The notes below the pieces were generated by a model. The model was given only the letters and a program-made list of their open reading frames with translations. It was not told the origin of the DNA and did not search any database. From Gaiellaceae bacterium (GTDB lineage Bacteria; Actinomycetota; Thermoleophilia; Gaiellales; Gaiellaceae), in assembly GCA_035273125.1 (NCBI GenBank), contig DATEPQ010000037.1, forward strand, positions 1-40,640: a stretch of 40,640 bases of DNA, given 5' to 3'. The position numbers and the translations under genes were made by a program. This document shows positions 27,575-35,705 of the stretch, in pieces (the first letter of the stretch is position 1; every line of letters starts with the position of its first letter).

Positions 27575-28086
27575 GCAGGACGCCGCCGCAGCGTGGCGAT
27601 CCAGAACAGCGTCAGTGCGAGTTGCAGGCCTGTGAGCAGCGTGTCGAGGTCGAGACCCTCGTCGAACGGATCCGCGGCGAGCGAGAGACCGAAGCTGCCG
27701 CCGTTCGCGAGCTCGAAGTCGGCGACCATGACGACGGCCGCGACCGACGCGGCGAGCGCCGCCCAGCCGGCCAGGCGCGACGACAGCGAGATGCGTCCTG
27801 CGAGAAGGCCCACGGCGGTGGCGATCAGGATCGCGCCCGCGGCGAGCTCCGCGACCTCGATCGCGTACCCGAATACCTGCGCATGCGGCAGGACGACACC
27901 CGCCAGGAAGTCCCTGTACCAGCCCGGCGCACCGTGCGACATCTCCCTGAGCTCGTCCGCGAGGCCCTGGGGGAACCCGCCGCGCACGAGCTTCGTCAGA
28001 CCCGAGACGAACCACTCGTAGCCGAGCACGACCTGGACGAGCAGCAGCGCGACGAGGCCGGGGCTCTTGGCGCTCGAGCCGGCCAT
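27409..28086 (-). CDS. DoxX-like membrane protein with a long C-terminal tail
   Basis: From ATG 28086, which overlaps the upstream oxidase stop (TGATG). 4 TM with LVQVVLGYEWFVSGLTKL.. No stop occurs until 27409, so the last roughly 55 codons lie antisense to the dapD 3' end. Confidence 0.55.
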   Translation of the reverse strand: MAGSSAKSPGLVALLLVQVVLGYEWFVSGLTKLVRGGFPQGLADELREMSHGAPGWYRDFLAGVVLPHAQVFGYAIEVAELAAGAILIATAVGLLAGRISLSSRLAGWAALAASVAAVVMVADFELANGGSFGLSLAADPFDEGLDLDTLLTGLQLALTLFWIATLRRRPAQDPISNSRRTSLRLVLRSVFSLRQPTTRAQETSYVPAGNSLGRVPGRTTARGGT

Positions 28087-29249
28087 CAGTGGCTCATCGT
28101 TCCGGCGACGTTGCCGACGTTGAGGAGTCCGACTTCGCCGAGCTGAACGCTCGCGAAGCTGTGCGAGACGAAGGGATAGATCCCGGCCCTTGGGATCGTC
28201 ACGTCGAACACACCCCCGCCGCCGGCCGGCACGACCGCGGTCTGGATGTCGTGCTGCGGCGCGTCCACGAGATCCGCGTTGATCCAGGCCCGCTTCAGGA
28301 TCGTCCCGACGACGTGGAACTCGGTGTTGAGCGACGGGCCCGCGTCGACGACCCAGAAGCGCACGGTCTGCCCGGGCATCGCCGTGAGCGGATGGGTCTT
28401 GTACTGGGCGGAGTAGCCGTTGAACGTCACCCAGTCGGGCGTCATCTGCTCTGCCTTCGTGACGTCGAGGCCCGCCGGCTTGGCGGTGCCCGGCGAGTTG
28501 AGGTACCACTCGCTGGAGACGAGGACGTACTCGCGCTGCGCCGGCGGCATGTTCTTCGGCTCGACGATGATCGCGCCGTACATCCCGTTGGCGATGTGCA
28601 TGAACGCCGGTGCGGTTCCGCAGTGGTACATGTAGACGCCGGGGACCGAGGCGACGAAGCTGAACGTCTTGGAACCGCCCGGCGCAACGTCCGAGAAGTC
28701 GACGTTGGGCGCGACCTGCGCGGCGTGGAAGTCGACCGAGTGCGGCATCGCGCCTGCGTTCGTGAGCGTCACGGCGACCTTCTGTCCCTGTCGTACGTGA
28801 ATGACCGGGCCGGGCGCCGTGCTGCCGAACGTCCACGCCCGATAACGGATTCCGGGCGCGACGGACACGACACGGTCCGCGATCGAGAGATTGACGCGCG
28901 CGACCGGTCCGGCCGGTGCTGCGGGCAACGCGGCGGGGAATGCGGCATGGCGCATCGCGATCGCGTCGGCGTTCGCAGGCGCGATCCCGGCGAAACTCGG
29001 GCTCGGCCGCGTGCCGGCTGTCGCTCCGGCCGAGGCGGGCATCGACATTCCCGCCGTGGAGGCGCCGGCGCCGGCCGCCTTGGCGGAGGCCGCCGCTTGA
29101 CCGGCCCGGTCGCTGGCGTCGTGCGCGGAGACCGCGAGCCAGGCTCCGATCACGATCACGAACGGAATGAGAAAGCCGGCGAAGACCGCGAAGACCTTCC
29201 AGCCGACGATGCGCTCTCGATCAGAATGACCCACCGAATACGTGCTCAT
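28086..29249 (-). CDS. Membrane-anchored two-domain multicopper oxidase, copper nitrite reductase (NirK)-like
   Basis: N-terminal TM. HSVDFH (T1/T2 His plus catalytic Asp), YHC (T2 His, T1 Cys), H-x4-M (MHIANGM), FHVVG and VSHSF (second-domain His residues). GGAGG sits 6 nt before the ATG. Confidence 0.75.
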   Translation of the reverse strand: MSTYSVGHSDRERIVGWKVFAVFAGFLIPFVIVIGAWLAVSAHDASDRAGQAAASAKAAGAGASTAGMSMPASAGATAGTRPSPSFAGIAPANADAIAMRHAAFPAALPAAPAGPVARVNLSIADRVVSVAPGIRYRAWTFGSTAPGPVIHVRQGQKVAVTLTNAGAMPHSVDFHAAQVAPNVDFSDVAPGGSKTFSFVASVPGVYMYHCGTAPAFMHIANGMYGAIIVEPKNMPPAQREYVLVSSEWYLNSPGTAKPAGLDVTKAEQMTPDWVTFNGYSAQYKTHPLTAMPGQTVRFWVVDAGPSLNTEFHVVGTILKRAWINADLVDAPQHDIQTAVVPAGGGGVFDVTIPRAGIYPFVSHSFASVQLGEVGLLNVGNVAGTMSH

Positions 29250-29359
29250 GTCCGCCTCCTGGACTCGACTTTTCGGTCACGGTAGGAGGGCGCGCGCCGA
29301 CGCGAATCGGGGTTTTCTACGAATATCGTCGTGATAAGTCCGCGGCAAGATGAACCGTC

Positions 29360-29995
29360 GTGAACGGCGAGCGGCAACGGCAGATGATCCTCGAGGCCTT
29401 GCGAAGCGCCCACGAAGGCCTCGACACCGGCCGGCTCGCAGAGGATCTCGATCTACACCCGAACACGATCCGGTGGCACCTCGGCCTCCTCACCGACGCG
29501 GGGCTCGTGCATGCGAAGCCCGAACGCCGACACGAACGAGGACGTCCGAGCATCGTCTACCGCCTCACGGGCGAGGGCATTGCCCGGGGCCGCGACGAGT
29601 ACCGGACGCTCGCGACGATGCTCACCGAGGTCGTCGCTGCCGAAGCCGACGGAGCGGCTCACGCCTACGAGACCGGCTTCCACTGGGGCCGGCACCTCCG
29701 GCAGGGCGAGCCCGACGGGAGCCTCGCCGAGCTCCTCGACCGTGAGGGATTTCAAGCCGAGCAGCACGGCGACCAAGTCGAGATGCGCCGCTGCCCGTTC
29801 TACGCAATCGCGGAAGGCTCACCGCAGGTCATCTGCTCGCTCCATCACGGCCTCATCGACGGCGCCCTCGACGAGGCGGGCTCGGAGCAGACGGTCAAAC
29901 GGCTCGATCCCTTCGTCGAGGCCGGCCTCTGCATCGCCCATCTGCGCGGCGTACGCCGACCGGTTACGGCTCGACGGGCTCTGCCGGCCCCGTGA
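29360..29995 (+). CDS. ArsR-type winged-helix transcriptional regulator with a C-terminal Cys/His domain
   Basis: ILEALRSAHEGLDTGRLAEDLDLHPNTIRWHLGLLTDAGLV.. HTH. The C-terminal part carries CPFY..C.LHHG..C.AH. Divergent from the oxidase operon. Confidence 0.7.
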   Translation: MNGERQRQMILEALRSAHEGLDTGRLAEDLDLHPNTIRWHLGLLTDAGLVHAKPERRHERGRPSIVYRLTGEGIARGRDEYRTLATMLTEVVAAEADGAAHAYETGFHWGRHLRQGEPDGSLAELLDREGFQAEQHGDQVEMRRCPFYAIAEGSPQVICSLHHGLIDGALDEAGSEQTVKRLDPFVEAGLCIAHLRGVRRPVTARRALPAP

Positions 29996-30728
29996 GCCAC
30001 GCGCGGCCACCCGTGAGGCGCACGCGTAGATCGCCGCCGGGGAAGTGGACGAGGACCTCCCCCTCGCCGTGCGTGGCCGCCGCGACGGCGACGGCGCTCG
30101 TGCCGGACGCCGTCGTCTCCCCCACACCGCGCTCCCAGACGCGTGCAATCACCTCGCCGGCCCGTTCCACGCGCGCGACCTGCACGTTGGTCCGCTCCGG
30201 GAAGCGGGGATGCGTCTCGAGCCGCGGTCCGAGCTCGCCGATCCGCCCCGGATCGTCTACCACGACCGCGTGGGGGTTGCCCACGTTCACGGGGGTCAAC
30301 TCGATCCCCTCCACGATCTCCGGCGGGCCGACTTCGACCGGTCCCAGCTCCGACTCGTAGAGGCCGTCGTCCGTCCGCCTCACCTTGACCGTTCTCGGCC
30401 CGACGTGGACGCGAGCCTGCGCCGAGCCGGTGCGGGTCATGTGCCAGGCGGCCGCGATGCGCGTCCCGTTGCCGGACATCTCGGCCCGCGAGCCGTCGGG
30501 ATTGACGATGCCGATCGTCACGTCGTCGCCCTCCACCGCCAGCACTTCGACCGCGCCGTCCGTACCGCGCAGGTCGAGGTCGCCCGCCGGGCCCTCATGG
30601 ACGAGATAGATGTTCCCGTGTGCGTGCCAGCGCGACGATCTCAGCGGCGGTCTCCTCCGGCGGCCGGTCGGCCGCGACCATAACGAGCGCTTCGAGGCGC
30701 CGCAGCCACTTGCGCTGGTACGCGGCAT
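29964..30728 (-). CDS. dapF: Diaminopimelate epimerase homologue with Ser at both catalytic Cys positions
   Basis: NPDGSRAEMSGNGTRI, VGNPHAVV, RFPERTNV, WERGVGETTASGTSA. The coordinates are the longest canonical ORF (ATG 30728), which overlaps miaA by 134 nt. CTG 30644 with an upstream GGAGGAG looks like the more natural start. Confidence 0.8.
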   Translation of the reverse strand: MPRTSASGCGASKRSLWSRPTGRRRRPPLRSSRWHAHGNIYLVHEGPAGDLDLRGTDGAVEVLAVEGDDVTIGIVNPDGSRAEMSGNGTRIAAAWHMTRTGSAQARVHVGPRTVKVRRTDDGLYESELGPVEVGPPEIVEGIELTPVNVGNPHAVVVDDPGRIGELGPRLETHPRFPERTNVQVARVERAGEVIARVWERGVGETTASGTSAVAVAAATHGEGEVLVHFPGGDLRVRLTGGRAWLTGPAEPVEP

Positions 30729-31488
30729 ACCGCCTGGTTCGAACGGTGAGCGCCTCGATCGCCTGGTCGCGTGGCAGCGTGGCCACCTCGTGGAGGCCTA
30801 TGACCTTCTGCGCGGTCGGGGACAGCTCGTGCAGGAGCGCTGCGCGCACCTCCTCCTCTACTCCGGCAGCGAACATCCGTCGCGCTCGCTCGGCGATCCT
30901 GCGGTCGAGCTCCGGCTTGGCTACCTCCAGCCCCACGAGGAGCGTCGGATGGCGCCACGCGCCTCCGAACAGGCTCTGGAGGCGCGGCACGAGCGACCAG
31001 CCCGCTTCCGCGAGCTCGAGCGCCCGGACGACGCGGCGGCGGTCGTTCGGGTGCACCCGCTCGGCGGCGGCGCCGTCGAGCTCCGAGAGCCGCGCGTGCG
31101 CCGCGGCCGCACCGTCCTCGTCGTACAGCCGCTCCCAATGCGCGCGCGCGCCGGGGGCGGGCACCGGAGGTAGCTCGAGCTCGGCGAGTGCGGCCCGGAA
31201 GTAGAGGCCCGTCCCCCCGACGACGAGCGGTGTCCTCCCGGCGGCGAGGATCTCGTCCACCGCCCGGTGCGCGAGCGGCGCGTACTCGCCCACCGACGCG
31301 GTGTGCGAGAGGGGCCAGATCCCGACGAGCCGCTCCGGGTGCGGCGAGCGGTTCGTCAGGATCGGCAGGCCGTCGTAGACCTGCATCGCGTCGGCCGAGA
31401 CGACCTCGGCGGGAATCAGCTCGGCGACGGCGGCGGCGACGTCCGACTTGCCGCTCGCGGTCGGCCCGAACAGGCCGATGACGAGCAC
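30595..31488 (-). CDS. miaA: tRNA dimethylallyltransferase
   Basis: GPTASGKS P-loop, DAMQVY..L.I.TN, and VGGTGLY. GTG start. Confidence 0.9.
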   Translation of the reverse strand: MLVIGLFGPTASGKSDVAAAVAELIPAEVVSADAMQVYDGLPILTNRSPHPERLVGIWPLSHTASVGEYAPLAHRAVDEILAAGRTPLVVGGTGLYFRAALAELELPPVPAPGARAHWERLYDEDGAAAAHARLSELDGAAAERVHPNDRRRVVRALELAEAGWSLVPRLQSLFGGAWRHPTLLVGLEVAKPELDRRIAERARRMFAAGVEEEVRAALLHELSPTAQKVIGLHEVATLPRDQAIEALTVRTRRYAAYQRKWLRRLEALVMVAADRPPEETAAEIVALARTREHLSRP

Positions 31489-31492
31489 CGCG

Positions 31493-32809
31493 TTAGACGA
31501 GGGCGAGCGCGACCTGCGCGCCGGCGAGCGTCGTCGACGTCGCGCCCTCGATCGCGACCGAGATCAGCTCGCCGGGCGCGGCCTCGCCGCTGAAGTTGAC
31601 GGTCGTGTTGCGGCGCGTCCGGCCGCGCAGGAGCCCGGAGTCGGTGCGGCTCGTGCCCTCGACGAGCACCTCTTCGACCATCCCGACCCGGCCGGCGTTC
31701 CGCTCCGCTGCGACGCGCTGCACGACCTCGACCAGCCGCTCGATGCGTTGCCGCTTCAGCTCGTCGGGCACCTGCTCGGGCATCGCGGCCGCCTCGGTGC
31801 CCGCGCGCGGCGAGTAGACGAACGTGAACGCGCCGTCGTAGCCGACCTCCTCCACCAGCTCGAGCGTCGCCCGGAAGTCGTCCTCGGTCTCACCCGGGAA
31901 GCCGACGATGATGTCCGTCGTGAGGGCGAGATCCGGGATGGCGGCCCGCAGCTCGGCGACGAGCCGCAGGTAGCGCTCGCGCGAGTAGGTGCGCCGCATC
32001 GCCTTGAGGATCCGGCTCGAACCGGACTGGAGCGGCAGATGGGCGTGCTCGCAGACCGCCGCGCATTCCGCCATCGCGGCGATGACGTCCCGGCGGAAGT
32101 CCTTCGGGTGCGGGCTCGTGAAGCGGATCCGCTCGATGCCGGGCACGGCGTCGACCGCGCGCAGCAGCTCGGCGAAGCTCGAGCCCGCATCGCGGCCGTA
32201 CGAGTTGACGTTCTGGCCGAGCAGCGTCACCTCGCGAACTCCCTCGGCGGCCAGCTGCTCGATCTCGGCGAGGATCTCGCCGGGTAGCCGTGACGTCTCA
32301 CGGCCGCGAACCGCGGGGACGATGCAGTACGAGCAGACCGAGTTACAGCCCATCGAGACCTGGACCCACGCCTGGAACCGTCGCTCGCGGTGGACGGGGA
32401 GCCGGGCCGCGAAGCTCCGCTCCTCGCCGGTGCCGAACGAGCCGCGCGCAACGCCTTCGCCGCCGGCGCCGAGCCAGTCCCCGAGGTGCGAGATCGTGCC
32501 GGGCCCGAAGGCCACGTCGACGTCCGGATAGAGCGCGAACAGGCGCTCCCGTTGCGCCTCGGCGTAGCAGCCGCCGACTGCGACCACCGTGCCCGGCCGC
32601 TCTCGCTTGAGCTTGGCCGCGTTTCCCATGTGGGCCGCAAAACGCGTGTCGGGCTTCTCCCGAATGGTGCACGTGTTGAGCACGATTACGTCCGCCTGCG
32701 CCTGCGAGGGCGCCTCGCCGAGCCCGAGCTCCTCGAGCAGTCCCTTGATCCGCTCGGAATCATGGGCATTCATCTGGCAGCCGAAGGTGGTGACGTGGTA
32801 GCGGCGCAC
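31493..32809 (-). CDS. miaB: tRNA-i6A37 methylthiotransferase (radical SAM)
   Basis: TFGCQMN (UPF0004 Cys), radical-SAM CNSVCSYC, and a C-terminal TRAM domain. Confidence 0.9.
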   Translation of the reverse strand: MRRYHVTTFGCQMNAHDSERIKGLLEELGLGEAPSQAQADVIVLNTCTIREKPDTRFAAHMGNAAKLKRERPGTVVAVGGCYAEAQRERLFALYPDVDVAFGPGTISHLGDWLGAGGEGVARGSFGTGEERSFAARLPVHRERRFQAWVQVSMGCNSVCSYCIVPAVRGRETSRLPGEILAEIEQLAAEGVREVTLLGQNVNSYGRDAGSSFAELLRAVDAVPGIERIRFTSPHPKDFRRDVIAAMAECAAVCEHAHLPLQSGSSRILKAMRRTYSRERYLRLVAELRAAIPDLALTTDIIVGFPGETEDDFRATLELVEEVGYDGAFTFVYSPRAGTEAAAMPEQVPDELKRQRIERLVEVVQRVAAERNAGRVGMVEEVLVEGTSRTDSGLLRGRTRRNTTVNFSGEAAPGELISVAIEGATSTTLAGAQVALALV

Positions 32810-33254
32810 GGCGGAAGGGTAGCCCCGTGTTACTCCGGCCCTGCGTGCTCGACCGCGTCCCCCGCGCGGTGCACGCGGAGCGCGCCGCCGACGATGTGGC
32901 CCACCTTGCGGTGTCCGGGTACTCCGTCACGTCCGGGTCGGCGTTCGTCGACACGATGAGCACGCGGGCGGTCTCGGCCGACTCGTTGCGGAGCTCCTTT
33001 GCGCCGTCGGGCCCGCGCGGGAAGACGACCACGTCGCCCGTGGCGAGGACGCGCTCGCCCGCCGGCGTCCGGAGCGTCGGCGTCCCGCGGAGGACGACGA
33101 CCATCTCCTCGCTGCCGTGATGCAGGTGGTACCAGTTCTCGCCGCCCGGCTGGAGCTCCCAGACCGACGCGCCGAGCGCGCAGGCGTCGGGGCGGGAGAG
33201 GCGAAGGGCGCCGACTCCTCCCCAGTCCGGGACATCGTCCCAGACGTTCGACAT
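32760..33254 (-). CDS. Cupin domain protein; the C-terminus is probably frame-shifted
   Basis: Cupin motifs YHLHHGSEEMVVVL..G and GDVVVFPRG. After ..VTEYPDT the annotated frame turns into low-complexity Ser/Arg/Thr sequence. It also runs 50 nt into miaB. Confidence 0.65.
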   Translation of the reverse strand: MSNVWDDVPDWGGVGALRLSRPDACALGASVWELQPGGENWYHLHHGSEEMVVVLRGTPTLRTPAGERVLATGDVVVFPRGPDGAKELRNESAETARVLIVSTNADPDVTEYPDTARWATSSAARSACTARGTRSSTQGRSNTGLPFRRAPLPRHHLRLPDECP

Positions 33255-34861
33255 CAGGCAGCCTGGATCGGGGAGTCGGCCGCCGGCTCCGTCTGCTCGC
33301 GCACCGGCGGCGAGGCCGCTGTGGCAGCGTGGTTCTTCGCCACGTCCACCGTGCGGCTCTCGCGGATCACAGTGACCTTGACCTGGCCGGGGTACTCGAG
33401 CCGGTCCTCGATCTCGCGCGCGATCTCGTGGGCGAGCAACGCCGACTCGTCGTCGCTCACGTCGCCCGGGCTGACGATGACCCTGATCTCGCGTCCTGCC
33501 TGCAGCGCGTAGACCTTGTCGACGCCGCGCTTCGAGGCTGCGAGCTCCTCGAGCGCCTCGAGCCGCTTGATGTACTGCTCGAGGCTCTCGCCGCGTGCCC
33601 CCGGCCGGCTCGCCGACACCGCGTCGGCGGCGATCAGGAGGACGGCTTCGACCGTCTGCGGCTGAACCTCGTAGTGATGCGCCTCGATCGCGTGGACGAC
33701 GCCCTGCGACTCGCCGTACCGGCGCGCAAGCTGTGCCGAGATCAGGGCGTGCGAGCCCTCGACCTCGTGGGTCATCGCCTTGCCGATGTCGTGCAGCATC
33801 GCGGCCCGCTTCGCCGTCTGGACGCTCGCCTGGAGCTCGGTCGCCATGATCCCGGCGAGGTGGACGACCTCGAGGGTGTGCTTGAGGACGCTCTGCCCGT
33901 AGCTCGTCCGGAACCGGAGCCGGCCGAGGATCGCGACGAGCTCCTCGGGGAAGGGCCCACAGTTCGCCTCGAACACGGCCTGCTCGCCGGCCTGGCGGAC
34001 GATCTCCTCCACCTCCGCCTTCGACTCGTAGTACGTCTCCTCGATCCGCGCCGGGTGGATGCGGCCGTCCTCCAGGAGCTTCGTGACGGTCAGGCGCGCG
34101 ACCTCACGCCTCAACCCGTCGAACGACGAGAGGACGACCGCGTGCGGCGTGTCGTCGACGATGAAGTCCACACCGGTGAGGTGCTCGAGCGCCCGGATGT
34201 TGCGGCCCTCCCGGCCGATGATCCGGCCTTTCATGTCGTCGGAGGGGAGCTCCACGACGGTCACGGTCGTCTCGGCGGTGTGGCTAGCGGCCACCCGCTG
34301 CAGGGCATCGGCCACGAGGTTGCGCGCGCGGCGCTTCGACTCTGCCCGCGCTTCGTCCTCGAGCGTCCGGACGCGCCTCGCGAGCTCGTGGCGTGCCTGC
34401 TCCTCTCCGCGCTCCAGCAAAAGCGCCCGTGCCTCGGCCTGGGTCAGGCCCGCCACTCGCTCGAGCTCTGTGAGTTGGCGGCTTTTCGTCTCCTTGAGCT
34501 CGTCCTGGAGCCGGCGGACGTGCTCTTCCCGGTCGGCGAGTCCCTGGTCGCGGCGCGAGAGCTCCTCGAGCTTCCGCTCGATCTCGAGCTCCTTCGCCAG
34601 GACGCGCTCTTCGATCTTCAGCACCTGCGCCCGCCGGTCGGTCAGCTCGGCGTCGATCTCGCTGCGCAGGCGGACCGCCTGCTCGCGCGCCTCGACCTGC
34701 GCTTCGCGCCGAACCGCGTCGCTCTCGCGGCGCGCATCGTCGAGCAGCTGGTCCCGGATGCGACGCGCCTTGGAGACTCCGGTCGTGCCGAACACCGAGA
34801 CCGCGAGCAAGGCAAGGGCGACGCCTCCGGCGATCCCGATGGCAATTCCGATCCCGATCAC
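33254..34861 (-). CDS. rny: Ribonuclease Y
   Basis: GTG 34861, preceded by GGAGGAG, gives the N-terminal TM VIGIGIAIGIAGGVALALLAV. Coiled coil, KH domain (GRIIGREGRNIR) and HD domain (LHDIGKA) follow. Confidence 0.9.
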   Translation of the reverse strand: MIGIGIAIGIAGGVALALLAVSVFGTTGVSKARRIRDQLLDDARRESDAVRREAQVEAREQAVRLRSEIDAELTDRRAQVLKIEERVLAKELEIERKLEELSRRDQGLADREEHVRRLQDELKETKSRQLTELERVAGLTQAEARALLLERGEEQARHELARRVRTLEDEARAESKRRARNLVADALQRVAASHTAETTVTVVELPSDDMKGRIIGREGRNIRALEHLTGVDFIVDDTPHAVVLSSFDGLRREVARLTVTKLLEDGRIHPARIEETYYESKAEVEEIVRQAGEQAVFEANCGPFPEELVAILGRLRFRTSYGQSVLKHTLEVVHLAGIMATELQASVQTAKRAAMLHDIGKAMTHEVEGSHALISAQLARRYGESQGVVHAIEAHHYEVQPQTVEAVLLIAADAVSASRPGARGESLEQYIKRLEALEELAASKRGVDKVYALQAGREIRVIVSPGDVSDDESALLAHEIAREIEDRLEYPGQVKVTVIRESRTVDVAKNHAATAASPPVREQTEPAADSPIQAA

Positions 34862-35107
34862 GTGCCGGCTCCTCCGTCGGGGGACCCAGCCGCCTGCGGC
34901 GGCACGTCCATCCTGCGCCGGACCTACGCGGCAGCTATCCGAGAAGCCGTATCTCCGGCAGCACTGCACTGCCGGAAAGCCGCTGCGCTACCTCGCGCGC
35001 GACCTCCGAGTGGTGGGAATTGGGTAGTCGGTCATCGGACTTGGTTTCGGAAAAGCTGCTTTTGCAGGCAAAACGTCGAATGGAATGTTCCGTGATCGTA
35101 CCGCGTC

Positions 35108-35689
35108 CTACGCCTCGAACGCAAACGACGAGGCGACCTCGTCCAGGGCGTCGCGGGAGAAGCCGCGTCCGGAGAGGCGCCGCAGGAGCGCGGGCGTCAC
35201 GCTCTCGTTTTCGAGCAGCCTGCGCAGCCGTGCGGCCTCGGGCTCGAGACGGGCGACGGCGTCGGCAGACTCCTCGGGCGTGATCTGCCTTCGTCTGAGA
35301 TCGGCGCGGATCGCTGCGTCGCCGTACCCGCGGCGAGCCATCTGCTCGGCCTGGGTCGCCGCCAGCCGGGCGTCGTCGATCGCACCGGCGCGAGCGAGCG
35401 AAGCAATCGCCTCTTCGCGCGCCGCCGCCGAGTGCCCGGCTCGGGCGAGCCGCTGCTCGAGAGCTCGCTCGGAGCGGTCGCCCGCCGCCAGGGAGCGTGT
35501 GGCGGCGGTGAGAGCCTTCGCACGCCGGATCTCGCGGGCCAACTCCCGTGCCAGCGGCCGGTCGAGCGGGCGCCCGACTGCGAGGCCCGCTCGGACGACC
35601 GCGTTCGCCGGCAGCACCCGCCACGGCCGGCCGTCGAGGTCGACGGCCACCCGGCCGCGCTTTCGCTCGCGTAGCGCAGTGACGATCAA
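35108..35689 (-). CDS. recX: Recombination regulator RecX
   Basis: RecX three-repeat helical sequence (..RSERALEQRLARAGHSAAAREEAIASLARAGAIDDARLA..). I prefer TTG 35689, 16 nt after the recA stop. The longest ORF (35788) would overlap recA by 83 nt. Confidence 0.8.
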   Translation of the reverse strand: MIVTALRERKRGRVAVDLDGRPWRVLPANAVVRAGLAVGRPLDRPLARELAREIRRAKALTAATRSLAAGDRSERALEQRLARAGHSAAAREEAIASLARAGAIDDARLAATQAEQMARRGYGDAAIRADLRRRQITPEESADAVARLEPEAARLRRLLENESVTPALLRRLSGRGFSRDALDEVASSFAFEA

Positions 35690-35705
35690 GCTCGTGACGA
35701 CCGAG

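Noticed and set aside
35040-35100. AT-rich overlapping palindromes (AAAAGC-T-GCTTTT, TTTTG-CAGG-CAAAA, GGAATGTTCC) and the hairpin CCGGCAG-N7-CTGCCGG (34955-34975) between recX and rny
   Set aside because: These are plausibly just the recX terminator and rny promoter region. The arms are short and AU-rich, and they do not match the LexA half-sites. There is no basis for a specific call.
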